DNA from: Candidatus Cloacimonadales bacterium
GTDB taxonomy: Bacteria > Cloacimonadota > Cloacimonadia > Cloacimonadales > JAFGVF01
Direction: 5' to 3'
Length of the DNA stretch: 64,000 nucleotides
NCBI GenBank assembly: GCA_963663475.2
Contig: CAXXJV010000001.1
Span: forward strand, 1,440,001-1,504,000
The notes beneath the pieces were generated by a model. It did not search any database. It saw nothing but the letters and a program-made list of their open reading frames with translations, and was not told the origin of the DNA. Within the stretch, counting starts at the first letter, position 1. Each line of letters begins with the position of its first letter. Of the stretch, positions 21,522 through 31,300 are shown piece after piece. Both the position numbers and the translations under genes were made by a program.

Positions 21522-22595
21522 ATGAAAAAAAAACTAGTTTTTCTAATCTTATTATTAGTTACTAATCTTTTCTCACAAGCTATTAATTATCAGAGAGTTA
21601 AGCATTGGTTTTTCTTTCCGCTTTTTGCTTATAATCAAGAGACATCCCTTGTTTATGGGGGAGTGGTTATTTATGATACTGCCAAGAGTAAAGAAAGCTT
21701 TGACGGACAGTGGTCTAATGTTATTCAACACTCCTTAAAAAATCAATTCCGTTACCTTACAAAAGCTCAATTTGCTTTTAAAAAGAATTACTCTACTTCT
21801 TTCGCCTTAAGAATGAGAAATTGGCCAACAAGTATCTATGAATTTGGTAATGATAGCAACAAGAAATCTGAAACTAAATACACAGAAAAAGAATATTCTT
21901 TTGAATTTGACCTTTATCGTAGGTTATATCAACAAGTCTTTTTAGGAATTAATGCTGAAATTGGTAATCTGCAAGTTATCAAAAGACAAGAAAACAATTA
22001 TATCGATTGGGAAAATACTCTTGGTAATGCCGGTGGTTGGCTCAATGGTATTGGCTCTGTCCTAAAACTAGATACCAGAAACTTGATTAATTATCCATCT
22101 AAAGGACTCTACTACCGTCTTTCTTATAGAAATTATGATGAGAAATGGGGAAGTGATTATAATTTTGCTATGACCGAAATAGATCTTAAAAACTATTTCT
22201 CCTCAAATCCCAATCTAATTTTAGCTACCCACCTGGATGCTAAAATTACCCATGGTCATGTGCCTTTTCAAAGATTAGCTAAGCTAGGGGATAGATTACG
22301 AGGTTATTCTTCTAGAAGGTTTATGGATAATCATAGAATTGCTGGAAGAGCAGAACTGAGAACCTCTCCTTTCTCAAACGGATTAATCACTAGGGCTGGA
22401 TTTGTTCTCTTTGTGGAAGCTGGAAAAGTTGCCCATGATTTAGATCAACTTAACCTAAAAGATTTAAAACTTTCCTACGGAACTGGATTACGATATAAGT
22501 TAACTAACTCAGAAGATAAACTCAATGTAAGATTTGATATAGCCTTTACTGAAGAAGGACATTCTATCGGTATTTCAGCTTATGAAGAGTTTTAA
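21522..22595 (+). CDS. BamA/TamA (Omp85) family outer-membrane beta-barrel protein
   Basis: Signal peptide, DTRN...YPSKG, LRGY, YGTGLRY, terminal Phe. Confidence 0.75.
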   Translation: MKKKLVFLILLLVTNLFSQAINYQRVKHWFFFPLFAYNQETSLVYGGVVIYDTAKSKESFDGQWSNVIQHSLKNQFRYLTKAQFAFKKNYSTSFALRMRNWPTSIYEFGNDSNKKSETKYTEKEYSFEFDLYRRLYQQVFLGINAEIGNLQVIKRQENNYIDWENTLGNAGGWLNGIGSVLKLDTRNLINYPSKGLYYRLSYRNYDEKWGSDYNFAMTEIDLKNYFSSNPNLILATHLDAKITHGHVPFQRLAKLGDRLRGYSSRRFMDNHRIAGRAELRTSPFSNGLITRAGFVLFVEAGKVAHDLDQLNLKDLKLSYGTGLRYKLTNSEDKLNVRFDIAFTEEGHSIGISAYEEF

Positions 22596-22627
22596 CCCAA
22601 AAATTAAGTGAATTAACACTCAAAATC

Positions 22628-22822
22628 AACATATAATAATGCAATAGACCTTTGCTAATAGCAGAATCTTCTTTTGCAAAAGTAACTTACATAATTCTTC
22701 CGAATATATATATTATATGCGTCAGAATTCTACGAGCTATTTTGCTAAAAGAATTTGCACTCTTCTGAAAAGCTCTATTGCACCATTTGAGATTATCAAA
22801 GTTCTACTCTACCATTAGGATT
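22628..22822 (+). mobile_element. MITE-like family A copy followed by an extra right end
   Basis: Core family sequence 22628-22794, then a second terminal fragment tcaaagttctactctaccattaggatt. Confidence 0.75.
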
Positions 22823-22863
22823 GAAGAAGTCCGATCAACTATTGGCTAACAAATGGCCTTTCC

Positions 22864-22944
22864 TTGCATGTTCCTTCCTTTACACTCTTTCGATAAAAGT
22901 CAGGATTTCATCGAAAGAGTGTAAAGAAAGGATTAGGGATGCAA
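22864..22944. repeat. Long palindrome with a 17-bp perfect stem
   Basis: ctttacactctttcgat (22878-22894) / atcgaaagagtgtaaag (22910-22926) with imperfect outer arms. Confidence 0.8.
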
Positions 22945-22999
22945 TAGTCTATATTATGAGTTTATCCCAGACTTATCTTAGCCCTGGAAGGAGGACATT

Positions 23000-23276
23000 A
23001 TCCCAAATAGTGCAATAGATCTTTGAGAATAGCAGAATATTCTTTTGCAAAATAGGACCATTTTGAAAAAAATGGACCCTTAAAGATTATGAGGGCTTGT
23101 TAAATCCAAATAATGCAGTAGAATTTAGGGAAAAAGCGAATAGCAGAATATTCTTTTGCAAAAGTAAGCTACATAATTTTCAGGAATATATATATTATAT
23201 GTCTTCAAATTCTGTAACTTAATTTGCTCAAAGAATCTAGCACTCTTCATCAAAGTTCTACTGCACCATTCGGGTT
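23000..23276 (+). mobile_element. MITE-like family A: partial copy (23000-23052) and full copy (23103-23276)
   Basis: Sequence match to other copies; right end caaagttctactgcaccattcgggtt. Confidence 0.8.
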
Positions 23277-23316
23277 AAAAAACTTCAAGAAAATCTAAGA
23301 AAAGGAGGATAAAGCA

Positions 23317-23898
23317 ATGGTTATTATTGAATTTAAAATACCACATGGATTAAAAGCCAAAGCTAGAAGAGAGGGATATTCTCTAGTAAAATATTCAAAT
23401 CAGCCATTTTATCACCTCCGAAAAAAGAATTCTCCTAAAATAGGGAAAAATCATCATAAGTTCGGCAATACCATGCAAGAACTAAAAATATCTTATCGAA
23501 AGCTTAATGATGCTGAAAAGCAAGCACTGAAAGAAAGGAGAAAAAAGGAAGGAAGTACTAAGTCAGACTGGATTCAATTTGTCAGAGAATATTATAGAGG
23601 GATTAGTCGTCAAACTCTTAAAGAAAAAAGACAAGTAAAAGCTCAAAACAAGAAAGATCAAGTTAACAAGCCACAAAAAGGAAGTGAAAGTAAGAATTTA
23701 AGAGAAAAACACTTATTACCCAAACTGGCAAGATCTATATTCGCCCGAATGACGGGACTTTCTCACGGAGTAGCGACTTCAGACAACTTAACTTTCTTTC
23801 GCCCGAATGACGGGACTTGCTCACGAAGTAGCGGCTTCCGAAAACTCTCCGAAGTCCCTTGCCTAGGGCTGAGGAAGTCCGGTCTCCAACTCGAATGA
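23317..23898 (+). CDS. Lys/Arg-rich hypothetical protein; its 3' end runs through REP-like repeats
   Basis: Strong AAGGAGG RBS; no recognisable family; last ~50 codons derive from the repeats. Confidence 0.45.
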   Translation: MVIIEFKIPHGLKAKARREGYSLVKYSNQPFYHLRKKNSPKIGKNHHKFGNTMQELKISYRKLNDAEKQALKERRKKEGSTKSDWIQFVREYYRGISRQTLKEKRQVKAQNKKDQVNKPQKGSESKNLREKHLLPKLARSIFARMTGLSHGVATSDNLTFFRPNDGTCSRSSGFRKLSEVPCLGLRKSGLQLE

Positions 23899-23938
23899 CG
23901 GGACTTGCTCACGGAGTAGCGACTTCTGAAAACTCTCC
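23740..23938. repeat. Three tandem GC-rich REP-like units
   Basis: cgaatgacgggactt(g/t)ctcacg(g/a)agtagcg(a/g)cttc starting at about 23746, 23804 and 23892. Confidence 0.85.
23853..23886 (+). repeat. 34-bp direct repeat, left copy
   Basis: agtcccttgcctagggctgaggaagtccggtctc; 33/34 identical to 35697-35730. Confidence 0.85.
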
Positions 23939-23968
23939 TAAAGTTCTACTATACTATCTAGCTTTAAC

Positions 23969-24719
23969 AACAAATATCCCTGTGAAGGGATAAATAGTTT
24001 AGCCCAGGGTAAAAGCCTGAAAGGCTTGCAACCTTGGGTAAGATGGCTTCCATCTTAGAAATTCCCTGTAAGGGATACATAAATAAAATTATCTAACAAA
24101 TAATGAATATTGAATTAATATTTTTTAATTAATATAAGGTGGTAATATCAATGGCACAGTCAGTATCTCAAATTTATATGCATCTTGTCTTTTCTACCAA
24201 GAATAGAGTACCTTTTTTCAAAAATTCTGATATTCGTGATCCATTATATTCATATATTGCCAAAATAATCTACGAAAATGATTCATATCCGATTTGTATT
24301 GGTGGGTCTGAAGATCATATCCATATTTTTTTCAATTTATCAAAGAATATTTGTTTTAAAGATATAATAGGAGAGATTAAGAGATCTACTTCTAAATTGA
24401 TAAAGACTAAGGGTGATGAATATTCAAACTTCTACTGGCAAGCTGGTTATGAAGGATTTTCTGTAGGTCAACAACAGAAGCAAAAAACAATCAATTATAT
24501 TAACAAGCAAAACGAACATCATAAAAAAGGCTCTCCAAGAAGAACTCAGAATGTTCATGACGAAAAACAAAATGAGAATCAATGAATGTTATTTGTGGGA
24601 TTAATTAATTTAACCCTTTCAGGGTAGAGGCTTTATTTATGCTGTCGTACCCAGGGTTGCAAGCCTTTCAGGCTTTTACCCTGGGCTAAACTATTTATCC
24701 CTTTACAGGGATATTTGTT
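23969..24719. mobile_element. IS200/RAYT-like tyrosine transposase locus flanked by 79-bp inverted repeats
   Basis: 23969-24047 and 24641-24719 are near-perfect inverted repeats containing CCTG(A/T)AAGG-type hairpins. Confidence 0.8.
24151..24604 (+). pseudogene. tnpA: IS200/IS605-family HUH Y1 transposase, apparently frameshifted near the 3' end
   Basis: HLVFSTKNR, DHIH (HUH), WQAGY, YINKQ..HH; the expected tail (LQEELRMF...YLWD*) lies in the +1 frame after the A6 run at 24523-24528. Confidence 0.7.
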
Positions 24720-24881
24720 AAATCACAATTTTAATGAAACATTCTGATTTACTTGAGTTATTTCCACCAAACATGAACTTGAGCCTAAAAAAAAGAAGAT
24801 AATAATCTATCCACAAATTATTTCGTGATGATTACAGAGATAGAACAGGTAATTTGAGAGTGAAAGCATCCTTGCTTATAG

Positions 24882-25259
24882 TCACGAATTCTTCTTCAAC
24901 GATTGCTTGACCAAACTCATGATATACTCAAAATCCTCATCATCTTTCAGATTAATCTCATAATCTCCATTTCCCTGATGTCCGACCTGAGAAACATCTC
25001 TCATTATCCCCTTAGGATCATCTAAGTCCCCCTTACGTAGATTAATAAAGAGCTTCAAAGATTTTCTCTGAATAGAAATATCCACAACATTAGTCTTAGA
25101 TACAAAGGCAATATAGAACTTCAAAACTTTGATTTCAATAGAATCAAGATTTAATATCATATTTTTTAATTTTTCATATAAAGCACAAAATTCTTCAGAA
25201 CCCTTGCTCAAATGGTCTTCCTCTCTATATACCTTTATTTCTTTATCAACAATATTACT
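24882..25259 (-). pseudogene. DUF5655-like domain, probably a 5'-truncated remnant
   Basis: KEIKVYREEDHL...KFYIAF...DVSQVGHQGNGDYE; upstream in-frame stop and no convincing start/RBS. Confidence 0.55.
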
Positions 25260-25345
25260 TTATTTATTGGTAGAAATGATGTTCACTAAATCACTAAAAT
25301 GGGTTTGAATTGTGTTCATAACAATCACTTCAGATTAGTAATTAT

Positions 25346-25945
25346 CTAATTTAAATCATTCTCCATAACAAATTTAGTTACTGTGAATCTATGAACTTTC
25401 AAATATCTGGCAATAGCACTAATAGATACTCCAGCTTCGACCATCTCTTTAATGATTTTCTCCTTCCCGGTGAGTTTAACTTTAGCAGATTTCCTGCCCT
25501 TAGGACGCCCTAAAATAACTCCTTCGGCTTTCTTTCTAGCAAGAGCTTCTTTAGTTCTTTGAGAAATCAAGTTTCTTTCAATCTCAGCTGCTAAGCCAAA
25601 AGCGAAAGCTAATACTTTGGAATTTATATCATTACCTAATCTATAATTGTCTTTAATTGTCCAGATATTAACCTCTTTTTTCATACAATCATTTAAAATA
25701 CTCATAATCATTAAAAGATTTCTACCTAAACGGGATAATTCAGTGCAAATTAAAATATCATCCGCTTTCATTTTATTTAACAACCTTCCTAATTTTCTTT
25801 TATTTACTTCCTTTGCCCCTGAAATAGTCTCTTCTATCCATTTATCAATTACAATATCTTTCTTTTTACAAAATTCTACTATCTCAAATCTCTGATTTTC
25901 GACTGTCTGTTTATCTGTACTCACCCTAATATAGCCATAAATCAT
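25346..25945 (-). CDS. Serine recombinase, DNA invertase type (Hin/Pin/Mpi-like)
   Basis: YGYIRVST catalytic Ser, ELSRLGR, AEIERNLISQRTKEAL, GRPKG, C-terminal HTH; AGGAG RBS. Confidence 0.92.
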   Translation of the reverse strand: MIYGYIRVSTDKQTVENQRFEIVEFCKKKDIVIDKWIEETISGAKEVNKRKLGRLLNKMKADDILICTELSRLGRNLLMIMSILNDCMKKEVNIWTIKDNYRLGNDINSKVLAFAFGLAAEIERNLISQRTKEALARKKAEGVILGRPKGRKSAKVKLTGKEKIIKEMVEAGVSISAIARYLKVHRFTVTKFVMENDLN

Positions 25946-26052
25946 TGTTATCTCCTACTAATATTTTAATAATGACAATTATTTAATTAATGAATAATTA
26001 ACAATAATAATTAATTACTAAGATTATAAAACAAGCGAAGATTAGTTTATAT

Positions 26053-26116
26053 GACCTATTTTACGTGGCAGGGATATTAAAAGATATAGAGCTGAATTTG
26101 CGGACTTGTGGTTGAT
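26053..26116 (+). repeat. Outer inverted repeat, left copy (64 bp perfect)
   Basis: Exact reverse complement of 28964-29027; encodes PILRGRDIKRYRAEFADLWL. Confidence 0.95.
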
Positions 26117-26297
26117 ATGCACTTTTCCGAGTAAACGAATTGATATAGAAAACTATCCAGCAGTTAAAAATTGGCTAAAATCTTTTGGACAAAGATTAGA
26201 ACAGACTGGAAAAAGTTATGAAGACTCAACTGGAAGACTAATAAAATGTAGAAAAAAAACAAATAATAAATGGTTTGAGACACAAGATAGTATAGGA

Positions 26298-26327
26298 TAT
26301 TGGGAGGAATTTAATAGACAGAAAATT
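26298..26327 (+). repeat. Inner inverted repeat, left copy (30 bp perfect)
   Basis: tattgggaggaatttaatagacagaaaatt = reverse complement of 28735-28764; encodes YWEEFNRQKI. Confidence 0.95.
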
Positions 26328-26436
26328 GTGTGGAAGGCAGTTGGTCGAAATCTAGGAATATCAATAGTAGATGCTGGGATATATTGTGTCGTTCCATAAA
26401 AGTGGACTAGAAAATTAAACAAACTAGGAGCTTGAA

Positions 26437-26859
26437 ATGGAAAGAAAAAAGAATATGACTCATAAGATTCAAAAGACCTATAGTGAAAGTTTTAAAATTA
26501 AAGTTGTTGACGAAATAGAGAAGGGAGATTTAACTCAAGCTGGAGCTTGTAGACTTTACAATATTTCAGATAGCAATGTGAGTAGATGGGTTGCCAATTA
26601 TGGTATGAATGAACGAGTGGGAAAAAAGGTGGTAGTTATGACCGATAGAGAAATACGTGAATCTGACCTTTTAAGGAAAGAGAATAAGCAGTTAAAACGA
26701 GCATTAGAAGATAGTCAGTTCTCCAACGAAGTTCTAGAGAAATATATTCATTATATTGCAGAACAAAATGGTATTGATTTAAAAAAAAAGATCGATTCAG
26801 GTTTATCAGAAGATACTCAGAAACTCTTGATTTCAAGGTTGCTAAAAGGTCAGGAATAA
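26437..26859 (+). CDS. IS3 transposase OrfA (HTH)
   Basis: YSESFKIKVV HTH start; A9G slippery site at 26781-26790. Confidence 0.88.
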   Translation: MERKKNMTHKIQKTYSESFKIKVVDEIEKGDLTQAGACRLYNISDSNVSRWVANYGMNERVGKKVVVMTDREIRESDLLRKENKQLKRALEDSQFSNEVLEKYIHYIAEQNGIDLKKKIDSGLSEDTQKLLISRLLKGQE

Positions 26860-27650
26860 GCCAAATGTGTAGTTTATTACAAGTATCTAAATCAGGTTAC
26901 TATAAATATCTTCAAACTGTCTCCCAGAGTTCTACAAATGACTCCCTATGTCTTTCCAGAGTTAAACAATATAGAAAAATTCAGCCTTATGCAGGCACTT
27001 ATAAATGTTGGAAAATGCTACATAATGATGGTTTTAAAATTGCGAGAAATCATCTTAACTGCCTGCTTAAAGAACATAATATGTTGATCAGGAAGAAGAA
27101 GAAATATTGCAAAACTTCAATATCAGATGGTAGTAAGGTATATCCTAATTTACTTAAAGATACCGAAGTAAAGAGGAAAAATCAAGTTTGGGTAACTGAT
27201 ATTACTTATATTTCTAAAGGCAAAGGGTTTTATTATTTGTTTTTGCTAAGTGATATGTATACTAGACAGATATTGGATTATGAAGTTTCTTCTAATATGT
27301 TGACTGATAATCATATAAGGATGTTAAAAAGACAGCTAAACTATGTTGATAATGCTAACGATCTTATTCATCATTCAGATCATGGTTCTCAATATACAAG
27401 TAATGAGACTATTAGCCTTCTGAAAAAGCATGGTATAAAGATTAGTATGACTGGTGATGGTAAATGCTATGATAACCCTATTGCTGAAAGAATAAACTGC
27501 ACAATGAAGCATGAATTTGGTTTAAATCGGACATTTAGCACTATAGAAAGTCTTAAAAAAGCTACTAAAGATGCAGTAATGATCTATAACTCTCAGAGAC
27601 TTCACAAAAGTTTGGGGTATTTTACTCCAAATGATTTTGCAAATCATTAA
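26781..27650 (+). CDS. IS3 transposase OrfB (DDE integrase core), -1 frame
   Basis: WVTDITY, HHSDHGSQY, DNPIAER, YN..RLHKSLGY; the -1 frame is open from the slippery site. Confidence 0.9.
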   Translation, partial: KKKDRFRFIRRYSETLDFKVAKRSGISQMCSLLQVSKSGYYKYLQTVSQSSTNDSLCLSRVKQYRKIQPYAGTYKCWKMLHNDGFKIARNHLNCLLKEHNMLIRKKKKYCKTSISDGSKVYPNLLKDTEVKRKNQVWVTDITYISKGKGFYYLFLLSDMYTRQILDYEVSSNMLTDNHIRMLKRQLNYVDNANDLIHHSDHGSQYTSNETISLLKKHGIKISMTGDGKCYDNPIAERINCTMKHEFGLNRTFSTIESLKKATKDAVMIYNSQRLHKSLGYFTPNDFANH

Positions 27651-28350
27651 AAGAGGTTACCAGATGATGAACAGATACTTAGCTGAATGTATTTTCTTTT
27701 GGAAAATGCGACTAAATTACGAATGCAAAATGGAGTCGACAAAAGAACTCAAAAGTATGAGTAAATGTCTCATTTTTCAAAAGAGATACATGACTCAGGA
27801 TACATAAAAAAGGTGTCCACTATATTGGTACTTGACATATTTATCAGCCCCAGCAGCTTTTATTACATCTAATTGCAATGAATACTTGTTAATGTTTCTT
27901 CTCAGTAATTTTAGTAAATATTACATATATAATCACTCAGATAAAACAGGAGCTGGAGATTTAATGCTCAATATACAATCTCTTATCAAGCTGCCAATTC
28001 CAATAATCTCAGAAGAAATTAATGATTACTTTGTAAAGTTGAATAGTCAAATCATTTCAAATTCTCATAACCTTGCTAATATTGAGATTTTTGTAAATGC
28101 TTTAATATATAAGCTATTCAATTTTAATAAAGAGGAAATTGATTTAATTGACATAGAATTTACAGATTGTTTAACAAGCTTGAAAATTAATTATAAACAA
28201 TATGAAAATATGAGTATTAAAGAAATTGCGCAATACTGCTCAGAATTTGATTATAGAAAAGAAAGTGATTATTATAACTCTTAAATCCCCAAAGGGGAGA
28301 ACTAATTTAGCCATTTTTGGAAATTAGTAGAGTTAAGACATAAGCTAATA

Positions 28351-31300
28351 TCATTTGTATGATTTCAGAAAGGATATATCTTCTTTTGACAACTTGTATA
28401 ATTGATTAATTTTAATATCAATTTCATTTTTGATTGTCATATTTTCATACTTACTTGCTAATGCATTAATATTCTGGGTAATTTCATTGATAATGCTCAT
28501 CGGTGCTTTATATACTGGCAATTTAACTAATGCATGTTTATTGTATTGGTATCCATTTACTCCTAGTTCAATACTGGAATATAATCTTTTGTATGCAAAT
28601 TGAAAAAGTCTTGAGTTAAGTGTCCCAAGTAAATATTCAGGATTTTCAGCTATTATCATGAAACAAGTTTTATCTATCATAAACTTATTATCATCTAATG
28701 CAAATTCAGCTTGCTGTACAGTCTCAGGATATATAATTTTCTGTCTATTAAATTCCTCCCAATAATTTGCACCCCACCTCTGCAAAGCGTACCATTCATA
28801 ACGTATTCCAGTCTCAGATTTGTTTCTATTAGATAGTTGTTCTTTGTAACTTAGTAAATGTCCATAAATAGCTGGATATTGCTCTTGAAAAGCTTGCTCA
28901 GCTATTGGAGAAGCTCCTTTTATATTTGGATCATTTTGTAGAGGAAAATGCCATGGTACATAGATCAACCACAAGTCCGCAAATTCAGCTCTATATCTTT
29001 TAATATCCCTGCCACGTAAAATAGGTCGTATAATTTCAGCAGATTTTGGGTCTTGTCTGATGAGTTCATCTTTCTTAGCTCCACTAATAATAAAGGCTTC
29101 ATTAAATCCTGTTAGAATTCCTCTATTAATGTTTACATCCCAATCTTTGAGGGGAGTACCTATTCTTTCAATTTTTTCTTTGATTCTCATTTCTTCTTGA
29201 GAAGAGATGATAAGGCTTTCTTTACTAAAATTATTGATTACTACAGTGTTTTCAACAAAATAATTGGATAGGTTGCTGTCTTTTAAATAATCTGATCCAA
29301 TAGTACAGGCTTGTAAATAGTGTTTATGGGTAATTTTCTTCTGAGAAAGCAAAATATTGGTATCAACTGTAGCAGAATCAAATACTTTGAAACCTCCAAA
29401 ATCTATTAGTTTAATTGGGTTAGTGTATTTCGCAAAATAATCGCGTAATTTCTCTCCATATTTCGCTCTCATCCATTTATTAGATGTTATGAAGCATAAT
29501 AAACCATATTCTGATAGTATTTGAACTCCTCTTTCATAAAAAATACAATATAGGTCTCCTGTTTTAGCAAAGGAGAGATATTTTTGATTTTCATAGGTTT
29601 CTTGAATTTTCTGACCTGATAGAGTTTGAATTTGAACATACGGTGGATTCCCAATCACAATATCAAAACCTCCATTTTCTTTAAAGACATCAGCGAAGTA
29701 GAGATGCCAGGGGAAGAAGGGTCTAATTTTATCTTTTTTAGTAAACTCGTGAAGTTGAGCTTCAAGTTCTTGGTAGTCAAACTTATATTTTTTCTTTAAC
29801 TGAGCACTTTCTGCTTGGATGTAAGCTTCTCTTTGTTCATGAGTAGGCAGTTGATTTGCAGTGGATATCATCTGATTATAGGCTTGGAAGTATTCTTCTT
29901 TGTCATTCTCAATGCGAGTTTTAAAGATTTTGACGATAGTATCTTCAATTTCATTGCGTAGGGATACTTTTTGGTTTTTATCATTTTCTTTGTAAAGTTT
30001 TTCTTGGAGGTAGTGAAGCTGATCAATCATCTGGTCTTCTTCTAAGAGTAAGGAGTTTTTATTTAATTGTGTAGCCAACTTCTTTTTATCGTTAGTTAGT
30101 GTTTTTTTCTGTTTTTCCAGAGCTTTAATTTGGTCTAAGAAGTCTTGATTTTGGACTGAAGTTTCAGTAAATTCTGCAAAGAACTTCTTTTGAATCATTT
30201 CTACTTGCTGGTTGATATCTGCGATTTTGTTTGTAATTTCTTCATCTTTTTTCTCAAGATCGGAGTACTTTGTTCTTACTTGATTAATATTGATATCCCC
30301 AAATGATTCAATGAGGGAGTTACCTTGCATGAACTTATAATCGAAGTTGGGGAGAGCTTCAGGTATTTCAGCATCAACCACAAGTGATAGCCAGAAACGG
30401 ATTTTAGCAATTTCGATAGCACCATTATCAATATCTACACCATAAATACATTTTTGAATTGTTTCTTTTTTAAGTTTATAGAGGCTAACATGTTCATTGA
30501 GAAATTGATCTTTAATGTAGGAACGAATAGAGACAATCTCGTGGAGGATTCCCATTGGGAAGGCACCTGAGCCAACAGCAGGGTCTGCAATCTTAATATT
30601 AACAAGTAGCTTGTTTACTTCTTCTACAATATCATAGAGTTCATCGAATTGCTTTTCAAATTCTTTTTCCTGTTCATCGTTAGCAAAGTCACCCTTGTTT
30701 AGATAGAGATCTTTATATTCAAAGAGGTGGTCTAGTTTCTCTTCGATATTTTCTTTATCCTGTAGTTTAGTAATCAAGAACTGTTTCAGACTTTCTCTTG
30801 TCATATAATTAACTATTTCTCGTGGAGTATAGAAAGCACCTTTACCTTTTCGGTTTATATCATCTAGTAAATTTTCAAAGACTTTACCCAGCATTTCCGG
30901 GTCGATGGCAATATCTTGTTCAAAGTAAGTATTTTCATCTATGGTGAAGTTATATTGATCAAAGATATCGAGAATACCTGTATTCTTATCATTGGAGAAA
31001 AGCTCATTACTTGGAGCAAAAATAATAGTCTCATCATATTCATAAGGGCATTCAAAGAGACCACCATTTAGATAAGGTATTTTTAAAAAAGCATCATTAA
31101 ATTTAAAGGAATCACCTACTTGGTTTAAACCTTCATAGAAGAGTTTTTCTAAGAACTTATCGAAATAATTATATCCCTCTTTTTGGCATTTTTTAAAACC
31201 CCAACGGAGGAAGTCTTGTCTGCCGTCTGTCCAATCATTGGTATTGCTAGGGTCTCCACCTAACCATCTTTTCTTTTGGAGGAAGTAAAGGAAGGTAATC

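Larger units (their letters stand above)
26385..27837 (+). mobile_element. IS3-family insertion sequence, 1453 bp, 3-bp TAT target duplication
   Basis: TG...CA ends with imperfect IRs (tgtgtcgttccataaaagtggac / tgtcaagtaccaatatagtggac); TAT at 26382-26384 and 27838-27840. Confidence 0.92.
26053..28284 (+). other. Silent alternative C-terminal specificity (TRD) cassette of the MTase, interrupted by IS3
   Basis: 26053-26384 joined to 27841-28284 reads ...ADLWLICTFPSK...NNKWFETQDSIGYWEEFNRQKIVW...DAGIY|LSAPAAFIT...LIKLPIP, paralogous to the expressed C-terminus; no N-terminal part. Confidence 0.88.

Noticed and set aside
23868-23887. RNase P RNA 5' motif (gaggaagtccggtctcc resembles GAGGAAAGUCCGGGCUCC)
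   Set aside because: The match is imperfect, occurs twice, and the downstream conserved RNase P elements are not evident
23740-23938. CRISPR array from three ~35-bp repeats
   Set aside because: Only three units, spacers very unequal and partly similar to each other, and no cas genes in the window
26106-26399. ORFs 26106-26399 and 27832-28284 as independent genes
   Set aside because: They are two halves of one silent TRD cassette split by the IS3; the TTG starts are fortuitous
26053-29027. Diversity-generating retroelement template/variable repeat pair
   Set aside because: The repeats are perfect and inverted with no adenine-specific mismatches, and no reverse transcriptase is present
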